Assembly (NCBI GenBank): GCA_043816345.1 | Contig: JBDRIA010000064.1 | Span: 9,759-73,758, forward strand | DNA: 64,000 nt | From: Chloroflexota bacterium | Lineage (GTDB): Bacteria > Chloroflexota > Dehalococcoidia > Lucifugimonadales > UBA2985 | Reading direction: 5' to 3' | Part shown: positions 16,756 through 26,491 of the stretch, piece after piece | How positions within the stretch are numbered: position 1 is the stretch's first letter | How the letters are laid out: the number at the start of each line of letters is the position of its first letter | Notes under the pieces: model-generated | What the model saw: the letters and a program-made list of their open reading frames with translations, nothing else | Databases searched by the model: none | What the model was told of the DNA's origin: nothing | Made by a program: the position numbers and the translations under genes

Positions 16756-18457
16756 ATGACCAGGGAAGTAGCTCTATCGCTCGTCGATCCCATCCTGGAG
16801 AGATACAAGGGTCAGCAGGACGCCCTGATGACCATGCTCCAAGAGATTCAGGAGGTCTATGCCTACCTTCCCGAAGAGGCCCTGGAGTATTTGAGTCGGG
16901 AAACCAAGGTCCCGCTGAGTCGAATTCATGCCGTGGGGACATTCTACCATTACTTTGACGTGGGCGAGCAGAGGTCCATTACCGGAGACGTCTGTCGAGG
17001 GCCGACGTGCTCTTTGCCGGGCATAGCCTCCGATGCTGGCCACGACGGACCCTCCATTTCCTGTCCGGGTCTCTGTGACCAGCCCGTGGCTGTACACGCC
17101 GGAGGGCGTTTTTCCTCCTCGGCAGATGGGGAGGGGTGTTTTTCTCTCCCGATGCCTGTGGATACGGAGGAGGCCCTATTCCGCCACATCCGACTCCCCA
17201 ACCAGGGGGGCCTGGAGGCCTACCGCAGCTCTGGTGGGTACCAGCAGTTGCTCAGGCTGGTGCAAGAGGATGTTGCCGCATCAGAGGCCCTGGAGGTCCT
17301 GGGAGCCAGCGGCCTTACCGGTCGTGGGGGTGCGGCCTTTCCCCTGGCCTTGAAGTGGAGGGCCGCTAGGGAGGCCCCTGGAACGCCCAAGTTCGTTATA
17401 TGTAACGCCGACGAAGGGGAGCCCGGGACATTCAAGGACAGGCCTATCCTTTACCTTCAGCCTCACCTTCTGCTGGAGGCCATGGCCATTGCCGGATACA
17501 TTGTGGGGGCCGACGCAGGCATCATTTACCTTCGCTTCGAGTACCCCCAGGCCCTTGAGGTGCTGTTCAGGGCTATCGAGGAAGCAGAGGAGGCTGGTCT
17601 GCTGGGTGCTCACATCGGCGGGTCTGGCTTCGATTTTCACGCCTACGTCAGGAGAGGGGCCGGCGCCTACATCTGTGGCGAGGAGACGGCCATTATGAAC
17701 TCCCTGGAAGGAAGAACTCCCTGGCCACGAGAACGTCCCCCCTACCCCACTACCCACGGCCTGTGGGGAAAGCCCACCGTCATCAACAATGTGGAAACCC
17801 TGAGCCAGGTTCCTCTGATCCTGGAGAAAGGGGCCGACTGGTTCCGCTCCTTGGGGAGAGGCGACAACTCAGGCACCAAGGTCTACTCCGTCAGTGGCAT
17901 GGTGCAGCGGCCGGGCAACTACGAACTTCCACTGGGTGTGACCGCGAGGGAGCTGATTTTCAACTACGCGGGCGGCGCCCCTGCCGGGCGGCAAGTTACT
18001 GCTTTTACCCTGGGCGGAATATCCGGAGGAGTGGTAGGTGCTGACCTTCTGGATCTCCCTTTAGACTACAGGTCGCCTCAGCAGCATGGCCTCTCGCTCG
18101 GCTCCGGCGGCATCGTCGTGCTGGACAATACCTGCTGCGTTGTGGACTTTGTCCGCTCCTGCATGCTCTTCTACGAAGCGGAGAGCTGTGGTAAGTGCTC
18201 TCCATGCCGCCTGGGAACCAAGAGGATGCGGGAGATATTGACCCGGATCACGGAAGGGAAAGGGGGGGGAGGGGGATGTAGAGATGCTCTCTGAATTGGC
18301 CGAGGGGGTTATCGATACTGCCCGGTGTGGAATGGGCCAAAGCTGTCCTATCGCGGTGCTGACCACTGTGAAATACTTCCGGGACGAGTACGAAGAGCAC
18401 GTGATGAATCACCGGTGTCCCGCTGGCGTATGCGAGGCACTTAGGAGAAGCCGATGA
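16756..18457 (+). CDS. Fused NuoE-like/NuoF-like NAD(P)H-binding flavoprotein (formate dehydrogenase diaphorase subunit), apparent +1 frameshift in a G8 run
   Basis: N-terminus is a NuoE-type [2Fe-2S] fold (VCRGPTC...SCPGLC). NuoF motifs are GRGGAAFP, ICNADEGEPGTFKD, YICGEETA and ESCGKCSPCR. ORF 16756..18294 stops after ITEGKGGGGGCRDAL. The next frame continues DVEMLSELAEGVIDTARCGMGQSCPIAVLTTVKYFRDEYEEHV...CPAGVC up to the TGA at 18455..18457, which overlaps the fdhA ATG. Confidence 0.85.
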
Positions 18458-21141
18458 ACACCATCAGTCTGCAAATAGACGGCATGAACGTAAGCGCTCC
18501 GGAGGGTGCGACCATCCTTGATGTCACCAAGAGAGTTGGAATTGAGATCCCCCACCTGTGCCACATGGAGGGGCTGCCTCCCAATGCGGCCTGCCGTCTC
18601 TGCATGGTCGAGGTGGATGGAGTCAGGAATCTGGTGACATCCTGTTCTTTTCCTGTGTCCAACAATATGGTGGTCAAGACCGACACGGAGAGGGTTGCCA
18701 AGGCCAGGAAGCAGGTGCTGGAGCTCATCCTCTCCGATCATCCCTTTGATTGCATGACCTGCGAGAAGAGCGGCGCATGCGAACTGGAGAGATACGCCTA
18801 CGAGTTGGGGGTCTCCACCAGCAGATTCCAGGGGGAGAAGCACACCTACCCTCTGGATGAGAGCAATCCCTTCATTGTGAGGGACTACAACAAGTGCATT
18901 CTCTGTGGGCGGTGCGTAACTGCCTGCAATGACATCCAGTTTGTCGGGGCCATCGACATTGCCCACCGCGGGTTCGACGCCAAGGTGGCTGCGCCCTTCG
19001 ACAGGTCCCTCCTCGATAGCACCTGCACCTTCTGTGGCAACTGCGTGGCTGTCTGCCCCGTGGGTGCACTGGTTGAGAAGACACGAAGGTTCCAGGGGCG
19101 CGAGTGGGAGTTCGAGAAGGTGCGTACGGTTTGCCCATACTGCGGTGTCGGCTGCAACATGGAGTTGAACGTCAAGGACAACCGTATTGTGAAGGTGGTG
19201 CCTGTAGACAACGTGGAGGTCAACCACGGCAGTCTCTGCATCAAGGGGAAGTTTGGCATGGACTTCGTCAGCAGCCCCGACCGTCTGACTACTCCTCTTA
19301 TCCGCCGCAACGGGCAGCTCTCAGAGGCTTCCTGGGATGAGGCCTACGACTTCATCGCCAGCAAATACAGCCAGATAAAGGACGAGTCGGGGCCGGATGC
19401 CTTCGCTTTCCTGAGCTCCTCTCGGTCTACCAACGAGAGCAACTACATGACCCAGAAGTTTGCGAGGGCGGTGATCGGCACCAACAGCGTGGACAACTGC
19501 GCACGTACTTGACACGCCCCCACGGTCGCCGGTCTGGCGGTCATGGTAGGAACGGGGGCAATGACCAACTCCATAGCTGAGTTGGAGAATGCGCCTTTCA
19601 TCCTGGCGGTGGGAACCAACACCACGGAGAGCCATCCCGTCATCTCCCTGCGGGTGAAGAAAGCGGTGTCCAAGGGGGCCAGGCTCATCGTTGTTGACCC
19701 CCGCAGGATAGAGATGACCGATGTTGCCCACCGCTGGCTCCGGCTGAAGGTGGGGACGGACATAGCGCTGTTCAATGCCATGTCCCGCGTGATTATAGAG
19801 GAGGGGCTGTACGACAAGGAGTACGTGGAGTCCCGTGTTGGAGGGTTCGAGGAGTTGCGAGGGTACTTGCAGGAGTATACGCCAGAGTACGCGGCGGAGA
19901 TCACTGGGGTGCCAGCGGAAGATATCATAGCTACGGCCCGGGAGTACGCCGCGGCCAGCCCGGCCTCCATCATCTACACCCTGGGCATCACCGAGCACTC
20001 CTGTGGCGTGCACAATGTCCAATCGCTGTCAAACCTGGCCCTGCTGTGCGGGAACTTTGGTGTTGAGAGCGGTGGGGTCAACCCTCTCCGTGGCCAGAAC
20101 AACGTCCAGGGGGCGGGCGATATGGGCGCTCTGCCGAACATCTTCCCCGGCTACCAGAGGGTGGGCGATGATGCGTTGCGTGGGAAGTGGGAGAAGGAGT
20201 GGGGCGTCGAACTCAATCCTCGCCCAGGCATCACCAAGATAACCGCCCTGGATGAGATCATGAAAGGGACGGTACGGGCACTGTACATCATGGGAGAGAA
20301 CACCGTGGTCTCCGATGCCAACGCGAACTTTGTGCGCCAGGCCCTGGAGGCAGTGGAGTTCCTGGTGGTGCAGGACCTCTTCTTGACGGAGACGGCTCAG
20401 TTGGCGGACGTGGTGCTGCCCGCGGCCTGCTTTGCGGAGGTGGATGGGACGTACACCAACACCGAGCGGCGCGTTCAGCGGTTGCACAAGGCGGTAGACG
20501 CACCAGGGCAGGCCAAGCCCGACTGGCTAATCCTGGCGGAGCTGGCGACGCGCATGGGGTATCCCCAGTCCTATGACCATCCTTCCCAGATATGGGACGA
20601 GATGGCGCGCAACTCACCCATCTTTGCCGGCATCAACTATGAGCGCATCGAGCACCAGGGGATTCAGTGGCCCTGCCCGACGCCCGACCACCCCGGCACT
20701 CCGTACCTGCACAAGGGCACCTTCGCTTCGGAGAAGGGTTACCTCCAGTCGGTGCCTCACATACCCCTGGCGGAGCCGCCCGACGAGGAGTATCCCCTGG
20801 TGTTGACCACAGGTAGGCGGAGACCCAACTATCACACCGGCACCCAGACGGGTAGAGCGAGGGGCTTTGAAGCTCTGGTTCCTCACGAGTGGGTGGAGGT
20901 CAGTCCCCAGGATGCTGAGGAGTTGGGAGTGTCTGATGGGGAGAACGTTAGCGTGGTCTCGCGGCGGGGAAGGGTGCAAGCCCCTGTCAAGATCACCGAC
21001 CGCTCGCCCGCGGGGGTGGTGTTCATGGGCTTCCATTTTCCCCAGACGACTCTCACCAATGTGCTGACCACGGACCTTCACGATCCCATCACGCAGACAC
21101 CGGAGTTCAAAGCGTGCGCTGTGCGCGTCGAGAAGATATAA
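18454..21141 (+). CDS. fdhA: Formate dehydrogenase catalytic subunit (Mo/W-bis-PGD), selenocysteine-containing; ORFs 18454..19512 and 19543..21141 joined through an in-frame UGA
   Basis: N-terminal [2Fe-2S] plus 4Fe-4S ferredoxin domains and a CPYCGVGC cluster. Both ORFs are in the same frame. Across the TGA at 19510..19512 the sequence reads NSVDNCART-U-HAPTVAGLAVMVGTGAMTNS, the conserved active-site Sec/Cys position of formate dehydrogenases. A SECIS-like hairpin follows. Confidence 0.92.
19524..19542 (+). promoter_or_regulatory. SECIS-like hairpin for the fdhA UGA
   Basis: GGUCGCC-GGUCU-GGCGGUC: a 7-bp stem including G-U pairs with apical loop GGUCU. The loop G and U fall at +23/+24 from the U of UGA, the geometry described for E. 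coli fdhF. Confidence 0.7.
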
Positions 21142-21225
21142 TTGAGGTCGTCCCCAAGTGTTCCCGGTCCCTCTTGGAAGAAAGATAGTGCCTGCGATCT
21201 GAATAAGTGTTAACAGGAGGTAAAG

Positions 21226-21537
21226 ATGCCCATCTACTCCTATTCATGCGAAGATTGTGGAAACCGATTCGACATACTGTCAAGAACCTTCGACGTGAAA
21301 GAGGTTTCTTGTCCGCAATGTAAGAGCCTGAACACCAAGAGGCAACTGACTATTCCAATCGTAAGAACTGGTAGGACTAGGGAGCCTGCCAGTGAGTCCG
21401 CGGCCGCAGATGCGCCCATTGAGCACTACGCCGACAGAGGCGACTTTGCCTCAGCGGCCAGGGAAGCCGAGAGAATGGGGAAGAGCGATGCGGACGTCAA
21501 GAGGATAGGGGGTGGCTGGGAGTGGAGAGATACGTAG
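21226..21537 (+). CDS. FmdB-family (CxxC_CxxC_SSSS) zinc-ribbon protein
   Basis: MPIYSYSCEDCGNRFDIL...VSCPQCKS N-terminal motif. Confidence 0.75.
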   Translation: MPIYSYSCEDCGNRFDILSRTFDVKEVSCPQCKSLNTKRQLTIPIVRTGRTREPASESAAADAPIEHYADRGDFASAAREAERMGKSDADVKRIGGGWEWRDT

Positions 21538-21570
21538 CAGGGCCTTTCAGGGGGCTGGAAGAAGTAGCAT

Positions 21571-21736
21571 CGGAGCTGGTCACGCGGATGGGGTAGTTCA
21601 TGGCTCACGACCATCCCTCTCAGATCTGGGGCGAAATGGCCAGAAACACTTCCATCTTCGCCGGCATCACTACGACTCGATAACGGAGACACCGGAGTTC
21701 AAGGTGTGCGCTGTGCGCGTCGAGAAGATTTCGTAA
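21571..21736 (+). pseudogene. Relic of a second fdhA copy (3' end only, with a stop, an internal deletion and a frame change)
   Basis: SELVTRMG*FMAHDHPSQIWGEMARNTSIFAGIT parallels fdhA AELATRMGYPQSYDHPSQIWDEMARNSPIFAGIN (20541..20640). It then jumps to DSITETPEFKVCAVRVEKIS*, parallel to the fdhA end DPITQTPEFKACAVRVEKI* (21082..21141). Confidence 0.8.
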
Positions 21737-22057
21737 CCCCCGGTGGGAGTGGAATCGCGGCATGTTCAAGCGAGGAGTGTCTGAGGAGGCCCTACCCTTT
21801 CCTGACTCCACCCCAAAGAGGTCTTCCCGCCCTTCCGTTCGCTGTGATCTCGGCGCTCCTTTGGTTGCTGGTGCTACCACAAGGCCCTCTGATTCTTTTG
21901 GCTGGTTCATATGTGACCCAGAGTTGCGGATTCGATTCCCAACGCTTGACTTCGCGATGATATAGCGTTACCCTATGCAGGACAGCGCTGATACTGGAGA
22001 CGGCCGAATCTATGTGACGAAGGCGCAGATACCGTTCCGGGCTGCGACGCTGAACAT

Positions 22058-22103
22058 GGGCTTCTGGTACGTGAAAATGCGCCTCCAGACAGCCCGTTTT
22101 TTT
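22058..22103 (+). terminator. Rho-independent terminator-like hairpin with a T7 run, upstream of cooS
   Basis: GGGCTTCTGG...CCAGA(C)AGCCC stem followed by gTTTTTTT (T-run 22097..22103). The loop is rather large at 17 nt. Confidence 0.5.
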
Positions 22104-22190
22104 GGATTTTGAGGGGGGCGGGCTCCAACGTTTGGTTTCCTCTGGTGGCGAGCCCTGCCCGTGAGTGATCGTAATAGGAGGTTGTAGCGA

Positions 22191-24152
22191 ATGGTTGACG
22201 AGAAAAATAACCCTTTGACCATTGACCCCGCCGCTGCGGAGATGCTGGAGTTGGCCCAAAAGGAGAACCGCTCTACCGCCTTCACTCGGGCCCAGTCTAT
22301 GGCGCCCTGCCCCATAGGGGTGGAAGGTCTGTGCTGCCGTGTGTGCTTCATGGGCCCGTGCCGGTTCGTAGCCAGGAGGGGCCAGCGCATTGAGGATGTG
22401 ACGGGCGTCTGTGGAGCTACCGCGGCCACGGTAGTGGCCAGGAACTTCGCCCGCATGGTGGCAGGAGGGGCTGCTGCCCACTCGGACCACGGCCGCGACA
22501 TGGCCCTGGTGCTGCTGGCAGCGGCCAAGGGAGAGGCGAAGGGTTACGGGATTCGGGATGAGGAGAAGCTTGACAAGGTAGCCCATCTCCTGGGAATCGA
22601 GGCCCACGGGCGCTCGGTTTCGGAGGTGGCCCAGGAAGTGGCTGAGAAGGCGCTGAGCATCTTCGGCCAGCAGGTGGGAGAGATTACCTACGCCTCCCGG
22701 GCTCCGGAGCGGCGCCAGGAGCTGTGGCGGCGCCTGGGACTGGTGCCCAGGGGCATTGACCGGGAGATAGTTGAGACCTTGCACCGTACGGGCATGGGGA
22801 CTGACCAGGACCCTGAGCACATATTGCATCAAACGCTGCGGGCGTCGCTGGGCGATGGGTGGGGTGGTTCAATGCTGGGCACGGACATAACCGATATCCT
22901 CTTTGGCACTCCCAAGCCCCGCACCTCCCAGGCCAACCTGGGAGTCCTCAAGGATGACCAGGTCAACCTGGTGATCCACGGCCACGATCCCACTTTGTCG
23001 GAGCAGATAACGCAGGCCGTTCGCGACCCCGAGCTCATTGAGTACGCCAAGTCCAAGGGAGCTAAGGGAATCAACCTGGTGGGGATCTGCTGCACCTCCA
23101 ATGAGGTGCTGATGCGCCAGGGCGTACCCTCGGCGGGTAACATGCTTCATCAGGAATTGGCCATCCTCACCGGTGCTGTGGAGGCCATGGTCGTGGATGT
23201 CCAGTGCATCATGGAGGCAGTGGTGGCGGCGGCGGAACAGTATCACACCAAGCTCATAACTACGTCGCCCAAGGCAAAGATTGAAGGGGCTACTCACATT
23301 GAGATGGAGCCGCATAATGCTCCCGAGGTAGCCCGGCTCATTGTCCGTACCGCCATCGACAACTACCCCAACCGCCAGGGGGAGCACGTCCACATTCCCA
23401 GCCAGTTCAGCGACCTGGTGGCGGGTTTCTCCCACGAGTACATCCGCTACATGCAGGGTGGTGCCTATCGCGGCTCTTTCCGGCCCCTGAACGACGCTAT
23501 TATGGCGGGAAGGATACGAGGAGCCGCTGGAGTGGTGGGCTGCAACAATGTGCGGGTCACCCAGGACCAGGGGATCATGCACGTCATCCGGGAGCTCATT
23601 AAGAACGACGTGCTGGTGGTGGTCACGGGATGTGGTGCTATAGCCGCAGGGAAGCATGGGTATCTGGTACCGGAGATGATGGAGGAGGCAGGGAAGGGGC
23701 TCAAGGAGGTGTGTGAAGCGGTGGGCATTCCCCCCGTTCTCCACGTGGGATCCTGCGTGGACAACTCCCGCATCCTGACGGTGTTGACCGAAATGGTCAA
23801 CGAGGGTGGCCTGGGCGAGGACATCAGCGACCTGCCAGCCGTGGGCATCTGCCCCGAGTGGATGCACGAGAAGGCCGTGGCCATCGGCACTTACTTTGTG
23901 GCCTCCGGGGCCTACGTCCTCTTCGGGGTGGGTTCTCCTGTGTCCGGCAGCCCGACGGTGGTAGACCTGATGACCCGGGGCTGGGATGAACTGGTGGGTG
24001 GTAAGCTGGAGTTCGAGCCGGACATCGACAAGATAATTCAGAAGTCTCTGGATCATATAGACGCCAAACGCCGGGCCTTGAGGCTGGAGGAGTACGATCC
24101 CAACCGGTACGGTCAGAGCGGTGACGTTCGATTCGCCGGTGTGGTGGCGTGA
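22191..24152 (+). CDS. cooS: Anaerobic Ni-Fe carbon monoxide dehydrogenase catalytic subunit
   Basis: N-terminal Cys cluster CPIGVEGLCCRVCFMGPCR and C-cluster region motifs (HGHDP, GICCTSNE, VGCNN, GSCVDNSR). Confidence 0.95.
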   Translation: MVDEKNNPLTIDPAAAEMLELAQKENRSTAFTRAQSMAPCPIGVEGLCCRVCFMGPCRFVARRGQRIEDVTGVCGATAATVVARNFARMVAGGAAAHSDHGRDMALVLLAAAKGEAKGYGIRDEEKLDKVAHLLGIEAHGRSVSEVAQEVAEKALSIFGQQVGEITYASRAPERRQELWRRLGLVPRGIDREIVETLHRTGMGTDQDPEHILHQTLRASLGDGWGGSMLGTDITDILFGTPKPRTSQANLGVLKDDQVNLVIHGHDPTLSEQITQAVRDPELIEYAKSKGAKGINLVGICCTSNEVLMRQGVPSAGNMLHQELAILTGAVEAMVVDVQCIMEAVVAAAEQYHTKLITTSPKAKIEGATHIEMEPHNAPEVARLIVRTAIDNYPNRQGEHVHIPSQFSDLVAGFSHEYIRYMQGGAYRGSFRPLNDAIMAGRIRGAAGVVGCNNVRVTQDQGIMHVIRELIKNDVLVVVTGCGAIAAGKHGYLVPEMMEEAGKGLKEVCEAVGIPPVLHVGSCVDNSRILTVLTEMVNEGGLGEDISDLPAVGICPEWMHEKAVAIGTYFVASGAYVLFGVGSPVSGSPTVVDLMTRGWDELVGGKLEFEPDIDKIIQKSLDHIDAKRRALRLEEYDPNRYGQSGDVRFAGVVA

Positions 24153-24202
24153 GCAAGGCTCAGTCACTTGAATAGAGGCAATTTCTAGATAAGGGGGCAG
24201 CA

Positions 24203-26464
24203 GTGTCGAGATACATCGCGACCCGAGCTATAAGGGGAGCACACGCTATTGTAGAGGAGGCGGAACAGACGCTGGACAGGGCCATTAAGGAGTTGGGTCC
24301 TGAGACACCCGTTGTCTTCACCAACACCGCCTATTTCCTGCCCACTATATATGGCTATACGGGCACAAGAGTTGAGACTCTGGGTGATTTGGTGCCCATT
24401 ATGGAGAAGGCGCGGTCGATGTTGACCTCGGTGCCTTCCGGAAAGCTTTGGCTGCCCTACCTGGGGGAGACCCTTGATGCTGGGGTGGCAACCCTCTTTG
24501 CCGAGGAGATCATCGAAGGGGTCCGCTTCGTGCGGAAGGAGCAGCCGGAACGGATGCCCCTGGACGGCATGAAAGTTACAGCCCCTGAGTCGAACGGGCA
24601 CTACGTCCTCAACGGCCCCATTGACGACATCCAGCTCCGCACCTGGGGAATTCAGCTAGTGGACGGTCGCATGCCCGGGTTTGCTGCCATTGTCGGCTGC
24701 GCCAAGTCCAATGAGGTCGCGGTGAAGATCGTGCGGGAGCTCCAGCGGCGGGGGATCCTTATTTTCCTCTCCGGCAACGTCAATGGACGCAGCATCATTC
24801 ATCAGCTTTTGGAAGAAGGGGTGCAGCTGGGATACGATACCTATACTGTCCCCTTTGGCACCGACACCATCTCCGCCATCTACGCCCTGGGGTTTGCCAC
24901 CCGCTCTGCCCTTACCTTTGGGGGCCTGACTGGTGGCCAGGCCGAGGAGATTCTCCTGTACAATAAGAACCGGGTCTTTGCCTTTGTTCTGGCCCTGGGT
25001 GAAGTGGACGACCTGAAGTACGCCACCGCCGCGGGGGCGATAACCTACGGCTTCCCCGTCATAGCCGATACCCTTATCCCTCAAATTCTGCCCACAGGGA
25101 TAACCACCTACGAGCACGTGGTCAGCATGCCCTTTGACGATATCGAGGGGAACGACGACCTTGAGCGGGCCGATAGGCTGGTAGAGAGATGTATCGAGGT
25201 ACGGGGGGTCAAGATCCAAACCACCGCCGTAGACATCCCCGTGGCCTATGGGCCTGCCTTCGAGGGGGAGATCGTCCGCAGAGACGCGATGCAGGCAGAG
25301 TTCGGCGGCCCCAGAGGTACCTGTTTCGAGATATTGCAGATGATGGACTCAGACGATGTGCAGGACGGCCGGGTGGTGGTGGAGGGACCAGACCTTGACA
25401 CCATCGAGGTAGGGGCCAACGTTCCCCTCGCCATAGTGGTGCAGGTGGCGGGCCGCAGAATGCAAGAGGACTTCGATCCCGTCCTGGAGCGTCAGATGCA
25501 CCATATGGTCAACGGGGCAGAGGGTTTGCAGCACATCGGACAGCGGGATAACACCTGGATCCGCGTCTCCAAGGAGAGTTTCGGGCGCGGCCTTCGACTC
25601 TACCATATAGGCAACATTCTTCATGCCAGGCTTCACTCAGACTTCTCCGCCATCGTGGACAAGGTTCAGGTGAACATTTACACCGAGCGAGAGAAGGTGG
25701 AGGAGCTTAGAGAGGCAGCTCGCAGAGTGTACCAAGAGCGCAACCTCAAGACGGCCAGTCTTACTGACGAGTCTGTGGACACCTTCTACAGTTGCACGCT
25801 GTGCCAGTCCTTTGCACCCAACCACGTCTGTATCATCAACCCCGAGCGGGTTGGGCTATGTGGAGCCTATAACTGGCTGGACTGCAAGGCCTCCTATGAG
25901 CTTAACCCCACCGGGCCCAACCAGCCCATTCTCAAGAGGGGGCTTATCAGTGCCGAGAATGGGGAGTGGGAGTCCTGCAACGAGTTCCTTTACCAGCACT
26001 CCAACTCCACTTTCAATCGCATGACCCTCTACTCGATCATGGATGCTCCCATGACCTCTTGCGGCTGTTTCGAGTGCATCATGATTCTCATTCCAGAGGC
26101 TAACGGGTTTATGATAGCCTCCCGGGATGATCCCTCCATGACCCCGGCGGGGATGGCCTTCTCCACCCTGGCCGGAATAGCCGGGGGCGGCCAACAGAAC
26201 CCCGGCATGATGGGGATGGGCAAGTACTACCTGCTCAGCAAGAAGTTCGTCCCCAAAGAGGGCGGCCTCAAGCGGGTGGTGTGGATGGCTGCCAACGTGA
26301 AGGCGGAGTTGGAGTCCGAGCTCCGGGAGGCGTTCGAGCGCATAGGCGAGCCCGACCTGCTGGACAAGATTGCGGACGGGAACTCTGCCACCACCGTGGA
26401 GGAGCTTGTGGCCTTTCTCGAGAAAGTGGGACACCCGGCGCTTGCTATGGAGTCCCTTATCTAG
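24203..26464 (+). CDS. acsB: Acetyl-CoA synthase (CO-methylating) alpha subunit
   Basis: 753 aa. A-cluster region CTLCQSFAPNHVCIINPERVGLCG and SCGCFEC. GTG start. Confidence 0.95.
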   Translation: MSRYIATRAIRGAHAIVEEAEQTLDRAIKELGPETPVVFTNTAYFLPTIYGYTGTRVETLGDLVPIMEKARSMLTSVPSGKLWLPYLGETLDAGVATLFAEEIIEGVRFVRKEQPERMPLDGMKVTAPESNGHYVLNGPIDDIQLRTWGIQLVDGRMPGFAAIVGCAKSNEVAVKIVRELQRRGILIFLSGNVNGRSIIHQLLEEGVQLGYDTYTVPFGTDTISAIYALGFATRSALTFGGLTGGQAEEILLYNKNRVFAFVLALGEVDDLKYATAAGAITYGFPVIADTLIPQILPTGITTYEHVVSMPFDDIEGNDDLERADRLVERCIEVRGVKIQTTAVDIPVAYGPAFEGEIVRRDAMQAEFGGPRGTCFEILQMMDSDDVQDGRVVVEGPDLDTIEVGANVPLAIVVQVAGRRMQEDFDPVLERQMHHMVNGAEGLQHIGQRDNTWIRVSKESFGRGLRLYHIGNILHARLHSDFSAIVDKVQVNIYTEREKVEELREAARRVYQERNLKTASLTDESVDTFYSCTLCQSFAPNHVCIINPERVGLCGAYNWLDCKASYELNPTGPNQPILKRGLISAENGEWESCNEFLYQHSNSTFNRMTLYSIMDAPMTSCGCFECIMILIPEANGFMIASRDDPSMTPAGMAFSTLAGIAGGGQQNPGMMGMGKYYLLSKKFVPKEGGLKRVVWMAANVKAELESELREAFERIGEPDLLDKIADGNSATTVEELVAFLEKVGHPALAMESLI

Positions 26465-26491
26465 CCTGGTACAGCTAAGGAGGAATATCAG

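Noticed and set aside
16280-16808. ORFs 16280..16657 (+), 16327..16677 (+) and 16311..16808 (-) in the long leader region
   Set aside because: They mutually overlap in three frames, have Arg/Gly/Pro/Ser-rich composition and carry no motifs. The region is treated as non-coding leader.
21925-21960. tRNA-like T-arm (gttgcGGATTCGATTCCcaac) upstream of cooS, considered as a tRNA gene or an att-site remnant
   Set aside because: Only an imperfect T-arm-like hairpin can be drawn. No acceptor, D or anticodon arms fold, and the candidate anticodon loop would be 12 nt.
22869-24167. 432-aa minus-strand ORF antisense to cooS. Similar long antisense ORFs occur at 13232..14242, 21792..22832, 25856..27067, 28187..29131, 30242..31159, 32726..33751, 38149..39117 and 40552..41427.
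   Set aside because: All of them overlap strongly supported plus-strand genes. They have biased His/Gly/Arg/Pro composition and no family motifs, so they are shadow ORFs of GC-rich coding sequence.
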